Shown: positions 27,613 through 37,110, numbered from the stretch's first letter. The stretch is DNA of 49,545 nt from Candidatus Iainarchaeum sp. (GCA_021158055.1 JAGGVJ010000041.1:1-49545), one strand, 5' to 3'. Notes: a model not told the origin generated them from the letters alone. Program-made: numbers and translations.

Positions 27613-28626
27613 TTACCCGAACAGCAGGGTTCCTGCGACAAAAAACACAAGTGCCCCCGCGACTATCGGCGGCAGTGCAGGGAGCATTCTTCCTTTTTTT
27701 CTTTCAACAAGATTGATTACGACAACAAGGCCTGAAAGCGCACCGAAACAGACAAACAGGGCTTTAATCAGGGACGTGCTGACTGCCACGGTTCCAAAAT
27801 TAATGAATGTGCTTTGGGGCGCGTTCAGGACTGCGGCGGCGAATATCAAAGGCATTACAAGGTCGCCGGTTCCAAGTTCAAAGATCCTGTTTTTCACAGG
27901 GAAAGATAATGTGAATGCCATGTCATTGGCAATTATTGACTTTGCCATCTCAACCATGTGTTTTGTGAAAAACACGGCGATTATATCGTAAAGCGAGAGA
28001 ATCAAAAGAAAAACAATCGCAGGCAGTACTCCAAGCGATGCCCCGAGAATCCCCCCGACCCCTGCTATTGCAAGCACAGCGCTCATGTTTTTTGTGGCAA
28101 TGGTTTTTTTTACTGTTTTTAAGACCAGTACAAGGCCTGCAAGAGCAATTGCAGGCAATTCCGGGACAAACGCTGAAAAGACAAGCACGGATGCGAAAAA
28201 CACCGCGATTGTTTCGATTATCTTCAAAAACACCTTTATTTTGAGCCGTATTACTGCAATCATTATCGCAGTCATTATGATGATCAACCCAAAAAACTCA
28301 AAACTGTTGCTGATTTCCTCAGGGTTTTCAGTCACTGTTATCTGTTGCAGTGAAAGCGACTGTGAAACATACAGACCGAGAAGTTGCGTGAACAAAAAGC
28401 AGACCATCACCATGAAATAAAGTTTTCTGGTTTCGGTTTTCCAAGTATTTTTTTGGGGTTTTGGTTTTGTTGCTTGTTTTTCACCTTCCTGTTCTTTTGC
28501 CTTTTTGTTTTCCGCTTTTGTTGTTTGTTTTTTGCTGTCTGTTTTTTGTTTCTTTGTCTTTTTGCTGTCTTGTTTTTTTGCTTTTGCACCCAAGGTTTTT
28601 GCTTTGCTGTCTTGTTTTTTTGCCAT
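27613..28626 (-). CDS. Presenilin-family (GxGD) intramembrane aspartyl protease
   Basis: YD..AVF, LGTGD and LPALP motifs; Lys-rich repetitive N-terminus. Confidence 0.93.
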   Translation of the reverse strand: MAKKQDSKAKTLGAKAKKQDSKKTKKQKTDSKKQTTKAENKKAKEQEGEKQATKPKPQKNTWKTETRKLYFMVMVCFLFTQLLGLYVSQSLSLQQITVTENPEEISNSFEFFGLIIIMTAIMIAVIRLKIKVFLKIIETIAVFFASVLVFSAFVPELPAIALAGLVLVLKTVKKTIATKNMSAVLAIAGVGGILGASLGVLPAIVFLLILSLYDIIAVFFTKHMVEMAKSIIANDMAFTLSFPVKNRIFELGTGDLVMPLIFAAAVLNAPQSTFINFGTVAVSTSLIKALFVCFGALSGLVVVINLVERKKGRMLPALPPIVAGALVFFVAGTLLFG

Positions 28627-28648
28627 GTTGTTTTCCCTTTTTCTTTTT

Positions 28649-30739
28649 TCATTCTATTTTTTTTATCATCTTGACATATTTTCTTTTCGGCTCATAAAGT
28701 TCGCCTTTCTTGATCATGGCAGAGATTATTTCAAGGGCTTTGTCTTCGTCGATGTCATGGTCTTTTGCGTGTTTTACTATGTCGTCTTTGTGAATGAGGT
28801 CTTTTTCAGCACTTAATTCAGCTATGATTTTCATTATTTGTTTCATTTTGTTAACGCTTGACTGGGTTTTCCCTGTTCCGATTATCCCGATGTCAAGCCT
28901 TCCGGTTTCAGGGTCTTTTGCCACCATTTCAAGACTATACCTGAAGATGTCTATTGCTTTTTCAATGTCTTGCTCTTCTATTTCAGAAGACAGCCTTATT
29001 TTCGCAGAGGCCTCGGAAAGCCTTATGATTGCCTGCAACTGTCTTGCGGTAGCGCTTACGACTCCTTCTTTTCTTCCATGTGACCTTAGTTCCATGTAAA
29101 AGTTTGCTATGCGGTCCATCATTTTTGGCTTTATGACAGGGATCATCTCGCGTCTTGCGTAAGCGATGTATTTTCTCATCAAGTCGATTTCAATGACTGG
29201 TTTTATTATTTCTTCCGCTTTTTCAAGGTCTGAAAGGACAATTTCCTTGTTTTGCGACTGCCTTGCAATAAGTCCGGCTGCATAGTTTCCTTTCAGGATG
29301 TGATTTGCGATTTTCCTGTCCTGGTCGGCTTTTGTCTCGTCGCGGATCACGAATATGAGGTCAAACCTTGAAAGAAGCGGTGGGGGGACATCAAATTGCG
29401 TGGTCGCCAGTTCGTTCGGGTCAAACCGCCCGTATTTCGGGTTGGCGCTTGCAAGGACAGAGGTCTGTGTCTTGAACTGGGCGACGATCCCTGCTTTTGC
29501 AATGCTCACTGTCTGCTGTTCCATGGCTTCGTGCATGGAAGACCGGTCTTCCTCGGTCATCTTGTCAAACTCGTCAATCATTGCCTGCCCGCCGTTTGCA
29601 AGAACAAGCGCGCCTGCTTTCAGGGTCCATCCCCCTTCTCCGAACTCGTCTTTTTCAGCTGAAGCAGTGAGTCCCGCGGCAGAAGAAGATTTTCCGCTTA
29701 CAACAATGCTTTTTGGAGCAAGCCTGTGCACGTACCCCATCAGTTCGCTTTTTCCGACACCCGGGTCTCCGATTAGCAGTATGTGGATGTCTGAGCGGAT
29801 TTTTTTCCCATCAGGCTGTATCTTGTGAGGGGTTCCGCTGAAAAGCTGCAGCACAAGCGATTCTTTTATGCGCTCGTTTCCGTAGATTCCGGGCGCAATT
29901 GATTTCATGAGCTTGTCGTAAATTTCAGGGTCTTTTGCAAGTTCAATGATTTGTTTTTCTTCTTTTGGCGTTATGTCGACTTCCTCGAATTCTTTTTGCG
30001 TCTGGATAAAGTTGTTTGCTTCAAGGTACCTTCCGTAAACAGATGTTTTTTTTACCGGGGGCCTGAGCCGAAGTGTGCCGATGACTTCTATTCTTGCCCC
30101 TGGAGTCAGTTTGTTTGTCAGGTCGTCTTCAAGGAGCACTTCAATGTATTTTGCCTGTTCCCCTCCTTTCATGTATTCAAGGGGTTCCTGAATCTGTATT
30201 TTTTGAAAGTCAATGAAAGTGCTTTCTTCAAGCATTAATTCAAATTCCCTGCGGTCGCATTCGCAAAAACCAGGCCTTGTCAGTTCCAGGTCGTTTTGGG
30301 GAATCCTGTACACCCTCCCGCATTTTTTGCACCTGAACGCCGCGAGTTTTAGTTTGGGAAGCACGTCGACCATGAGGCGGACGACTCCTTCAACGGCAAT
30401 TAGCTTGTTTAAGTGGGAGGCGTTTATGTTGGTTATCAGGTGTTTTTCTTCTCTTGGAATGTTTATGAACCGCACGTGGGGTTCAAAATCAGTTGTTTCG
30501 CTTCCGCTGTCAATGCCCTGAACGGCTTTTTTTATCGCGTCAATGACTGTGTTCGGGTTTTCAAGGAGTTCATCTGCCAAATCAATGTTGAACTTATCAA
30601 GTTTTTTGTAGTCAATTTCAAGAGATTTTTCTTCAGGATACCTTTCAGCAAGCTTTTGTATTTGCGAAAAATATTCGTCCCTTAAGAAAGCCTCGAATTT
30701 TCCGACAAGCGGATTGTATGTTGCAGATTCAACTTCCAA
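28649..30739 (-). CDS. mcm: Replicative helicase MCM
   Basis: Zn finger, GDPGVGKS, IDEFDKM, AMEQQ..SIAKAG and LSRFD motifs. No intein. Confidence 0.97.
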   Translation of the reverse strand: MEVESATYNPLVGKFEAFLRDEYFSQIQKLAERYPEEKSLEIDYKKLDKFNIDLADELLENPNTVIDAIKKAVQGIDSGSETTDFEPHVRFINIPREEKHLITNINASHLNKLIAVEGVVRLMVDVLPKLKLAAFRCKKCGRVYRIPQNDLELTRPGFCECDRREFELMLEESTFIDFQKIQIQEPLEYMKGGEQAKYIEVLLEDDLTNKLTPGARIEVIGTLRLRPPVKKTSVYGRYLEANNFIQTQKEFEEVDITPKEEKQIIELAKDPEIYDKLMKSIAPGIYGNERIKESLVLQLFSGTPHKIQPDGKKIRSDIHILLIGDPGVGKSELMGYVHRLAPKSIVVSGKSSSAAGLTASAEKDEFGEGGWTLKAGALVLANGGQAMIDEFDKMTEEDRSSMHEAMEQQTVSIAKAGIVAQFKTQTSVLASANPKYGRFDPNELATTQFDVPPPLLSRFDLIFVIRDETKADQDRKIANHILKGNYAAGLIARQSQNKEIVLSDLEKAEEIIKPVIEIDLMRKYIAYARREMIPVIKPKMMDRIANFYMELRSHGRKEGVVSATARQLQAIIRLSEASAKIRLSSEIEEQDIEKAIDIFRYSLEMVAKDPETGRLDIGIIGTGKTQSSVNKMKQIMKIIAELSAEKDLIHKDDIVKHAKDHDIDEDKALEIISAMIKKGELYEPKRKYVKMIKKIE

Positions 30740-30783
30740 AAAACGTCACCCCCCGTGCTCGTTTGTAATACCCTATTTAGCGG

Positions 30784-30868
30784 TAGTTAGATTGTGGTTA
30801 TAGTCAGATTGTGGTTATAGTCAGATTGTGGTTATAGTCAGATTGTGGTTATAGTCAGATTGTGGTTA
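30784..30868. repeat. 17-bp tandem repeat x5 upstream of mcm
   Basis: TAGTCAGATTGTGGTTA x5; the first copy has one mismatch; no spacers. Confidence 0.95.
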
Positions 30869-31000
30869 TTATGATTATTAGAATTAATTATGATTAATGA
30901 GTAAATTAAAGATTTGCTTAGGGAAAAACTTTATTTCCCTTTAATGTGTTTTTTAACGGTTTTCTCCTGCTGTTAAAATAAAGTAAACACTGGCCTGCAC

Positions 31001-31966
31001 TCAAAACAAAGCAAACATTTTCCCTATGAAGAAGATGTAGAACAGGATGAATATTCCGCCTTCCCATTTTGTGAGTTCTTTGTCGTGGGTTATGAAGAAG
31101 AACAGGAGCGTGACTGCGACGAGCATCGGCAGTGCTGTTTCTATTAGTATTTTGGGGACAATTAAGGGGGTTATGAGTGCGGGTATTGCCATCACCGTGA
31201 ATATGTTGAATATGTTTGACCCGAGCACGTTTCCGATGGCTATTTCCGGTTTTCCTTTTTTTGCCGCGGTTACTGTCACCATCAGTTCGGGAAGTGATGT
31301 TCCAAGGGCCATTGCGGTGATTGCTATGAGTTCGGTTCCTATGTTTATGATTTGGGAGAGGGTTATCATTGCCTGGATGGTCAGTTGTGCGCTTATGCAT
31401 ATGAACAGTGCGCTTATGACAAAGTATGCGTATTCTTTTTGCGTGAGTTTTTGGTTTTTTATTATTCCTTTGAGTTCTTTTTTTATTTCGGTGTCTTTGT
31501 GTTCTTTTTGCGTGGATAGCGTGTAGTTGATGTATATTGCCGCGCCTGCGATGAATATGATTGCTTCGGGCAGTGAGAAGATGCCGTCTGAAATTGCAAG
31601 CGCAAACAGGAAAGTTGAACCCAGGAGTATGGGGAGGTCGACGCGGGTGATTTCGTATGTCAGTTTCAGTTTTTTGTTTAGTATGACTGCTGTTCCAAGC
31701 ACAAGGCATATGTTTGTGATGTTTGAACCGATCACTGTTGCTGCGACTATTTCAGTGGAACCGCTTAGCGTTGCAAATATTGAGGCGATCAGTTCGGGAA
31801 ACGATGTCCCGATGCTTACGAGAGTCACGCCGATTATGAACGGCGGTATTCCCATCAGTATCCCGATTCTTTCAGCCGAGTCTGTGAAGTAGTCTGATGA
31901 TTTTACGAGAACCCCGAGGCTTACCGCAAAAGCTGCCGCAAAAAATGCAAGCATCATTAAGTCCAT
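31001..31966 (-). CDS. Ca2+/Na+ antiporter (CaCA, YrbG-like)
   Basis: Two alpha repeats GTS(F/L)PEL...GSNI.N. Confidence 0.95.
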   Translation of the reverse strand: MDLMMLAFFAAAFAVSLGVLVKSSDYFTDSAERIGILMGIPPFIIGVTLVSIGTSFPELIASIFATLSGSTEIVAATVIGSNITNICLVLGTAVILNKKLKLTYEITRVDLPILLGSTFLFALAISDGIFSLPEAIIFIAGAAIYINYTLSTQKEHKDTEIKKELKGIIKNQKLTQKEYAYFVISALFICISAQLTIQAMITLSQIINIGTELIAITAMALGTSLPELMVTVTAAKKGKPEIAIGNVLGSNIFNIFTVMAIPALITPLIVPKILIETALPMLVAVTLLFFFITHDKELTKWEGGIFILFYIFFIGKMFALF

Positions 31967-32133
31967 GAAAAGAATAAAAGCGCAGTGGTTTAAGTTATTT
32001 ATGTTTGCGCCGGGCGTTGGGTTTGTTTTTGCTTTGTGTGTTGGAAATGTTTTTAATCAATGAACTTGATTAGTATTTTTAGTTTTTAGTTATTGATTAT
32101 TTTGACTTGACCCATATTTTACAGGTGTTTGTT

Positions 32134-33810
32134 ATCAGCGAAAAAGTTCTTGTTACGGCGGCTCTTCCTTACGCAAACGGTTTGCTTCACATTGCTCACG
32201 TCAGGAGCACGTATCTTCCGGCGGATGTGTTTTCGCGGTTTTTGAAGGCGACGGGTCGCGACGCGATTTATATTTGCGCGTCTGATGACCACGGCACTCC
32301 CATTGAAGTGAATGCTGCAAAGCGCGGGGTTTCGCCTGAAGAACACGTTGCTTTTTTCAGGAAGAAACAAGTTCGCGATTTCAAGGATTTGGGCATAGAG
32401 TTTGATTTTTTTTCTCGCAGCAGCGGAAAGGTAAACCGAGAGTTTTCTGATTTTTTCTTCAATACTTTAAAGGAAAAAGGGTTTATTGAAGAACGCGAGG
32501 TATTGCATCGTTTTTGCCCTAAGTGCAAGAGGTTTTTGCCTGACAGGTTTGTCAAGGGAACGTGTCCTTTTTGCGGTGCTTTTGACCAGTACGGCGACGG
32601 GTGCGAGGAGTGCGGCAAGATTTACCGTCCTGTTGATTTGCTTGATCCAAAATGCGCGCAGTGCGGAACGGTTCCTGTTGAAAAGGCAGGCAAGCATTTT
32701 TTTTTCAAGCTGAGTTCTTTTTCAGGCAAGCTCAAGTCGTGGCTTGAGTCAAACAATGCTTTGCAGAGTGAAGTGAAAAACTATGCTTTGAAGTGGATTG
32801 AGGAAGGGCTTGAGGACTGGGACATTACCCGCGACGCCCCTTATTGCGGTTTTGAGATCCCGGGCGAGAAAGACAAGTATTATTATGTGTGGTTTGACGC
32901 GCCAATCGCTTATTTTTCTTCTGTTGCGCAGTGGGCAAAGGAAAAAGGTGTTGAGTTTGACGGGTTTGTGAGCGGGGACGCAAAGATTTATCATTTTATC
33001 GGAAAGGACATTCTTTACCACCATTATCTTTTTTGGCCTGCCATGCTTTTGGGCGTTGAAAAGTTTTCTTTGCCTTTTGCGATTCCGACAAGGGGGCATG
33101 GTCTTTTGGCAGGGAAGAAGATGAGCAAATCAAGGGGAAGTTTTATTACTGTTGAGGATTTCCTCAAGGAGTTCCCTGCTGATTATCTGCGGTATTACTG
33201 GTCGGCAACGACTTCTTATTCAATGCAGGACGGGTCTTTTTTTTGGGGTGATTTTCAAAGGAGGGTCAATGACGACCTTGCGAACACGCTTGGTAATTTT
33301 GTCAACAGGACTCTTGTGTTTGTGAAGAACAATTTTGACTCTAAGGTTCCTGAAATCCTGAAACCGCGGCAGTTGGCGGGAGCTGAAAAAGAGTTTGACG
33401 CCGCGATTTCCAGGGTGGCCGGGGATGTTTTTTCCGCGATGGATTCAGGGGATTTGAAGAAAGGTCTTGAGGTTTTGATGGATTTTGTCCGCGAGTGCAA
33501 CAAGTATTTCAATGATTCAAAACCGTGGCAGCTTGTGAAGGAAGGAAAAGATTCTTCGGCGTCTGTTTCTGTCTCTCTTTGCGCAAAGGCGGTTGCAACC
33601 GTTGCAGTGCTTGCTTTTCCGTTTGTTCCTGTTTCGTCAAGGGATATCTGGAGCCAGTTGGGTTTCAGCTCAGAGCTTGAAAAGGTAAAGTGGGGTTCTT
33701 TGAAGTCGCTTTCTGTCGGCGGCCTGGTCATAAAAAATCCAAAGCCGGTGTTTAAGAAAATTGAGGATTCCGTGATAAAGAAGGTTTCGCGGGATTTGGG
33801 CGGGGCATGA
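32134..33810 (+). CDS. metG: Methionine-tRNA ligase catalytic subunit (probable ATC start; track start TTG 32107)
   Basis: ALPYANG..HIAH, DDHGTP, Zn knuckles, YVWFDA, GKDI and KMSKS motifs. Confidence 0.95.
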   Translation: MSEKVLVTAALPYANGLLHIAHVRSTYLPADVFSRFLKATGRDAIYICASDDHGTPIEVNAAKRGVSPEEHVAFFRKKQVRDFKDLGIEFDFFSRSSGKVNREFSDFFFNTLKEKGFIEEREVLHRFCPKCKRFLPDRFVKGTCPFCGAFDQYGDGCEECGKIYRPVDLLDPKCAQCGTVPVEKAGKHFFFKLSSFSGKLKSWLESNNALQSEVKNYALKWIEEGLEDWDITRDAPYCGFEIPGEKDKYYYVWFDAPIAYFSSVAQWAKEKGVEFDGFVSGDAKIYHFIGKDILYHHYLFWPAMLLGVEKFSLPFAIPTRGHGLLAGKKMSKSRGSFITVEDFLKEFPADYLRYYWSATTSYSMQDGSFFWGDFQRRVNDDLANTLGNFVNRTLVFVKNNFDSKVPEILKPRQLAGAEKEFDAAISRVAGDVFSAMDSGDLKKGLEVLMDFVRECNKYFNDSKPWQLVKEGKDSSASVSVSLCAKAVATVAVLAFPFVPVSSRDIWSQLGFSSELEKVKWGSLKSLSVGGLVIKNPKPVFKKIEDSVIKKVSRDLGGA

Positions 33811-33858
33811 TTTTTTTTTGTGTTTTGAAGTACTTTTTAAGGTTTTGAAGGTGATTTT

Positions 33859-34191
33859 TTGACTGGTGTTGTTTCTTTTAGTGATTTCAAGAAAGTGGAT
33901 TTGAGGGTAGGCAAAGTTATTGAAGCGGAGCCTCACCCCAATGCTGACAAGTTGTATGTTTTAAAGGTTGATTTGGGCGAGGAGAGTCCGAGAACTGTTG
34001 TTGCCGGGATTGTCCGGTGGTTCAAACCGGAAGAGCTTGTAGGCAAGAGCGTGGTTGTTGCGGCAAACCTTGAGCCGGCTAAAATCCGCGGGGTGTTGTC
34101 GCAGGGAATGCTTCTTGTGGCTGAAAAAGATGAAAAGATTTCTTTGCTTTCAGTTGAGTCAGAGATGCCTGCCGGCTCGCGGGTAATGTAA
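33859..34191 (+). CDS. Stand-alone tRNA-binding OB-fold protein (MetRS C-terminal domain / Trbp111-like)
   Basis: DF.KVDLRVG, HPNADKLY and NLEPAKIRGVLSQGMLL motifs. Has its own GGTGA Shine-Dalgarno. Confidence 0.93.
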   Translation: MTGVVSFSDFKKVDLRVGKVIEAEPHPNADKLYVLKVDLGEESPRTVVAGIVRWFKPEELVGKSVVVAANLEPAKIRGVLSQGMLLVAEKDEKISLLSVESEMPAGSRVM

Positions 34192-34234
34192 GCAAACGCT
34201 TGTGAAGCAAATGCTGTAATTTGCGAATCAGCTG

Positions 34235-34627
34235 TTAGCGGACTCTTGTTATTTGCATGAGTGATTCAAACATCATGTACTCGACTTCTTTTCCTGATTC
34301 AAGCGGACCGCCTTCAAGTTTTTGCGGTGCTGTGATGTCAAAGGTTGCGTAAGTTGAAAGGTCCATGAGCTGAACGGTTGTTCCGGAAACCGATATTACC
34401 TGCGCAGTGCTTTTTTCAATGACCGGTGCTTCAATTGTTGCGTCGGTTGGTTTGAGTATTCCTCTTTTCTGGTTGTCGAATATGCCGATTCCGTCGACTC
34501 TTGCTTTTGTAGACCCGTGTTTTCCGGGTTTGCTTTTTGTGACGCCGAGCACTTTGCACGGCGCCCCGTCCATCATTACATAGCTTCCTTTTTTCAGTTC
34601 TTTTACTATTGTGTGAACTATTGCCAA
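34235..34627 (-). CDS. eif5A: Translation factor aIF-5A
   Basis: SKPGKHG hypusination motif. Confidence 0.96.
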   Translation of the reverse strand: MAIVHTIVKELKKGSYVMMDGAPCKVLGVTKSKPGKHGSTKARVDGIGIFDNQKRGILKPTDATIEAPVIEKSTAQVISVSGTTVQLMDLSTYATFDITAPQKLEGGPLESGKEVEYMMFESLMQITRVR

Positions 34628-34777
34628 AAAATCACCTTTAATTTTTGTTTTTTATTGTTCTATAATTCTGTGTGTGTGTTGTAATTCTAATGTTTTGTAA
34701 TTTTAATGTTTTAGTTTTGTCTTGTAATATGTAGCTTAATGCTTTTAATTAAATACCTTGCTTTCAATAACTCTATT

Positions 34778-35599
34778 ATGGAAAGTGGTTCAGGCAGTGA
34801 TTTAAACGGTTCAAAATTAAACGGTTCAAAAAATGTTTTTTTTGATTGCCACACTCATTTAGGCAGAAACTTCTTTAAAAATGATTTGAAGGAAGTGATT
34901 GCGCGGGCGCAAAAAGCAGGGGTTCAAAGGGTGGTGAATTGCGGTCTTGACAAGCAGACCAATCTCGAGACTGTTTCTCTTGCCCGCGAGTTTGATTTGG
35001 TTTGCGCTGCTGTTGGTTTTTCCCCCACTGATGTGTCAAAAGCCACGGGAGAAGAGGAACTGGCGGTTCTTTCCCAGATTGAATCTTTTGACGCGGTTGC
35101 TGTGGGTGAGGTGGGTCTTGATTTTCACTGGATTAAAGACGAGGGTGAAAGGAAAAGGCAGGCGGAGGTGTTTTTGAAGATTCTTGAAATCGCTGAAAAG
35201 CGGGGGTTGCCTGTGATTATTCACTCGAGGGCGGCGGAGAGGGAAGTGGTTGACATTCTTGAAAGCTTTGGAAAATCATGCTTTGTAATGCATTGTTTTA
35301 CCGGGAAGCTTTCGCTTGCAAAGCGCGCGCTTGATTTGGGTTGTTTTTTTTCGATTCCCACAAATGTGTGTTATTATTCTTCAATGCAGAAACTCGCAGG
35401 GATTGTTCCGCTTGAAAAGTTGTTGATTGAAACTGATTCGCCGTTTTTGCATCCGCAGCGCGGTGAAAGGAACGAGCCTGCTTTTGTTGTTCGCGCGTAT
35501 GAAACGGTTTCAAACATTAAGAATATAAATATTGAGCGTCTTTGTGATAGTGTATATTTTAATTTTACCCATGTTTTTGGGGTTAGTTTGCCCCGGTGA
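34778..35599 (+). CDS. tatD: TatD family hydrolase/nuclease
   Basis: DCHTHL, GEVGLD, IHSR, MHCF and ETDSP motifs. Confidence 0.93.
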   Translation: MESGSGSDLNGSKLNGSKNVFFDCHTHLGRNFFKNDLKEVIARAQKAGVQRVVNCGLDKQTNLETVSLAREFDLVCAAVGFSPTDVSKATGEEELAVLSQIESFDAVAVGEVGLDFHWIKDEGERKRQAEVFLKILEIAEKRGLPVIIHSRAAEREVVDILESFGKSCFVMHCFTGKLSLAKRALDLGCFFSIPTNVCYYSSMQKLAGIVPLEKLLIETDSPFLHPQRGERNEPAFVVRAYETVSNIKNINIERLCDSVYFNFTHVFGVSLPR

Positions 35600-35604
35600 T
35601 TTTT

Positions 35605-36075
35605 TTGTTTGAGAGTGTTAAAAATAAGTTCATGAAAAGGTCAGCGAAACCGAAAAACATTGCTCTTTTGGTGGACGGTCCGAATGTCTTGAGGCGGGAG
35701 TTCGGAAATATTGATCTTGAGAAAGTGAAAAAGGAGTTGAGCAAGTATGGCCAGGCAAAGGTTTTGCAGGTTTTTCTTGACCAGTATGCTTCAAACAAGC
35801 TGATTGAAGCGGTGTCAAACCAGGGTTTTGAGGTTATTGTGATGCCTTGCGATGTTGATGTCGGCATGGCTGTTGCCGCAACAGAACTTTTTTTCAACCC
35901 GCACATTGATATGATCGCTTTGATGACCCGTGATTCCCACTTCCAGTCGGTTGTGACAAGGGCAAAGATGCACGGGAAAGGGACGATTGTTTTGGGGATG
36001 GAGCCGTCGTTTAGCGTTGCATTAAAAAACTCCGCTGATATTGTTATTATGTTGAACGATGAACAGGCCAGGTAA
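35605..36075 (+). CDS. NYN domain protein (TIGR00288-like)
   Basis: VDGPNVLR, DVDV, TRDS.F and ALKNSAD motifs. TTG start after GGTGA. Confidence 0.9.
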   Translation: MFESVKNKFMKRSAKPKNIALLVDGPNVLRREFGNIDLEKVKKELSKYGQAKVLQVFLDQYASNKLIEAVSNQGFEVIVMPCDVDVGMAVAATELFFNPHIDMIALMTRDSHFQSVVTRAKMHGKGTIVLGMEPSFSVALKNSADIVIMLNDEQAR

Positions 36076-36080
36076 GTGAT

Positions 36081-36647
36081 ATGAATCTTCCTTCAGGAAA
36101 TCTTTTGTTGAGCCTTGACGTGCTGGACACGATGTCTTTTAATGCTCTTTTGAGCGACTTGATTAAAAAAAACTTTTTCGGGTACGTGGTTGTCACGATA
36201 AACGGTGTTGACGGGCTTGAAGAGGGCTCGATTGTGTTTGAGAATGGCAGCAGTGTTGCTGCAAGTTATGAGTTTATAAAACATGATAAAAAGGTAAGCG
36301 GTGATGCTTCGCTTGAACTGGTCTTCAATGCTGTTGCGGCTCAGCACGGTGTTATTGAGGTTTATGAGCTTAAAAAAGATCAGGTGCAGATAATTCTTGC
36401 ATTGAATGACGATTCGTTTAAACTGAAAAAGCTGCTGGATGAAAAAGTGCTTGAAGAGCAGAAAGCAAGTGAGTTTAATAAGAAGTTGTTTGCAAGATAT
36501 ATAGATGCCGGAAAAACTGACCGGTCAAAAGTGTCAACAAAAGACATCTTGCGCAAGTATGGCCTTTCAAGCATGATTGGTACTGATTTGAGCAAAAAGG
36601 ATATTGTCAAGGATCTGGTTGGAAAATACGGGAAAAAAGAGGAGTAG
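36081..36647 (+). CDS. DUF2226 (PATAN-like) domain protein
   Basis: L....F.GYV.V.....EEG.I.F.NG..VAA.YE......G..L...IEVYEL pattern; C-terminal ILRKYGL. Confidence 0.75.
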   Translation: MNLPSGNLLLSLDVLDTMSFNALLSDLIKKNFFGYVVVTINGVDGLEEGSIVFENGSSVAASYEFIKHDKKVSGDASLELVFNAVAAQHGVIEVYELKKDQVQIILALNDDSFKLKKLLDEKVLEEQKASEFNKKLFARYIDAGKTDRSKVSTKDILRKYGLSSMIGTDLSKKDIVKDLVGKYGKKEE

Positions 36648-36648
36648 C

Positions 36649-37110
36649 ATGGGACTTATTAATTCGATTGTGTCGTTCAGTTACAGGGTTTTGAAACTTG
36701 AAGACCAGCAGGAGATGGATTCGGAGAGGGATCTTCTTTTAAAGGAATTCATTTCTTTGAAGACGAGGTATTTTGAGCCGAAAGCAATGCAGCAGTTGCC
36801 TGATTATGTCAGGAAGAAGCATTTGATAAATTCGCTTACGTTTACAAAGCGCGACGGCACAGTTATCATGAGCACTGAAGAGGATGCTTTTAAGGGCGCG
36901 ATGGTCGGGAGTTCTCTTTTTAAGTATTTGTTGTCTGAGCTGCCGGATTCGCGTTATTTGATGGTTAAGCGCGAGAACTGGCATATTGTTTACGCAAAGA
37001 AAGAGTACCTCATAGTGATTGAAGCCAATGACGTGCTTGCGTCAATTGAGATAGAGGCGATTGCAAAGGATATAGAAAAGCACATTAATAAATTAGAATA
37101 TAAATATTGA
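36649..37110 (+). CDS. Hypothetical protein with a Roadblock/profilin-like C-terminal domain
   Basis: SLTFTKRDGTVIMST hairpin, a helix, three strands and a terminal helix. ATG 1 nt after the previous stop. Confidence 0.55.
   Translation: MGLINSIVSFSYRVLKLEDQQEMDSERDLLLKEFISLKTRYFEPKAMQQLPDYVRKKHLINSLTFTKRDGTVIMSTEEDAFKGAMVGSSLFKYLLSELPDSRYLMVKRENWHIVYAKKEYLIVIEANDVLASIEIEAIAKDIEKHINKLEYKY

Noticed and set aside
28649-30739. Intein in MCM
   Set aside because: 696 aa with uninterrupted Walker A and B motifs.
30784-30868. CRISPR array
   Set aside because: The 17-bp units are head-to-tail with no spacers and there are no cas genes. The same applies to the repeats at 3247 and 40629.
19725-31709. 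Long shadow ORFs (19725-20732, 22636-23337, 22760-23437, 30918-31709)
   Set aside because: They are antisense or off-frame to well-supported genes, low complexity, and lack recognisable motifs.
34778-36075. TatD + NYN as an anti-phage defence pair
   Set aside because: Both look like ordinary housekeeping archaeal family members in core-gene context, with no defence-island markers.
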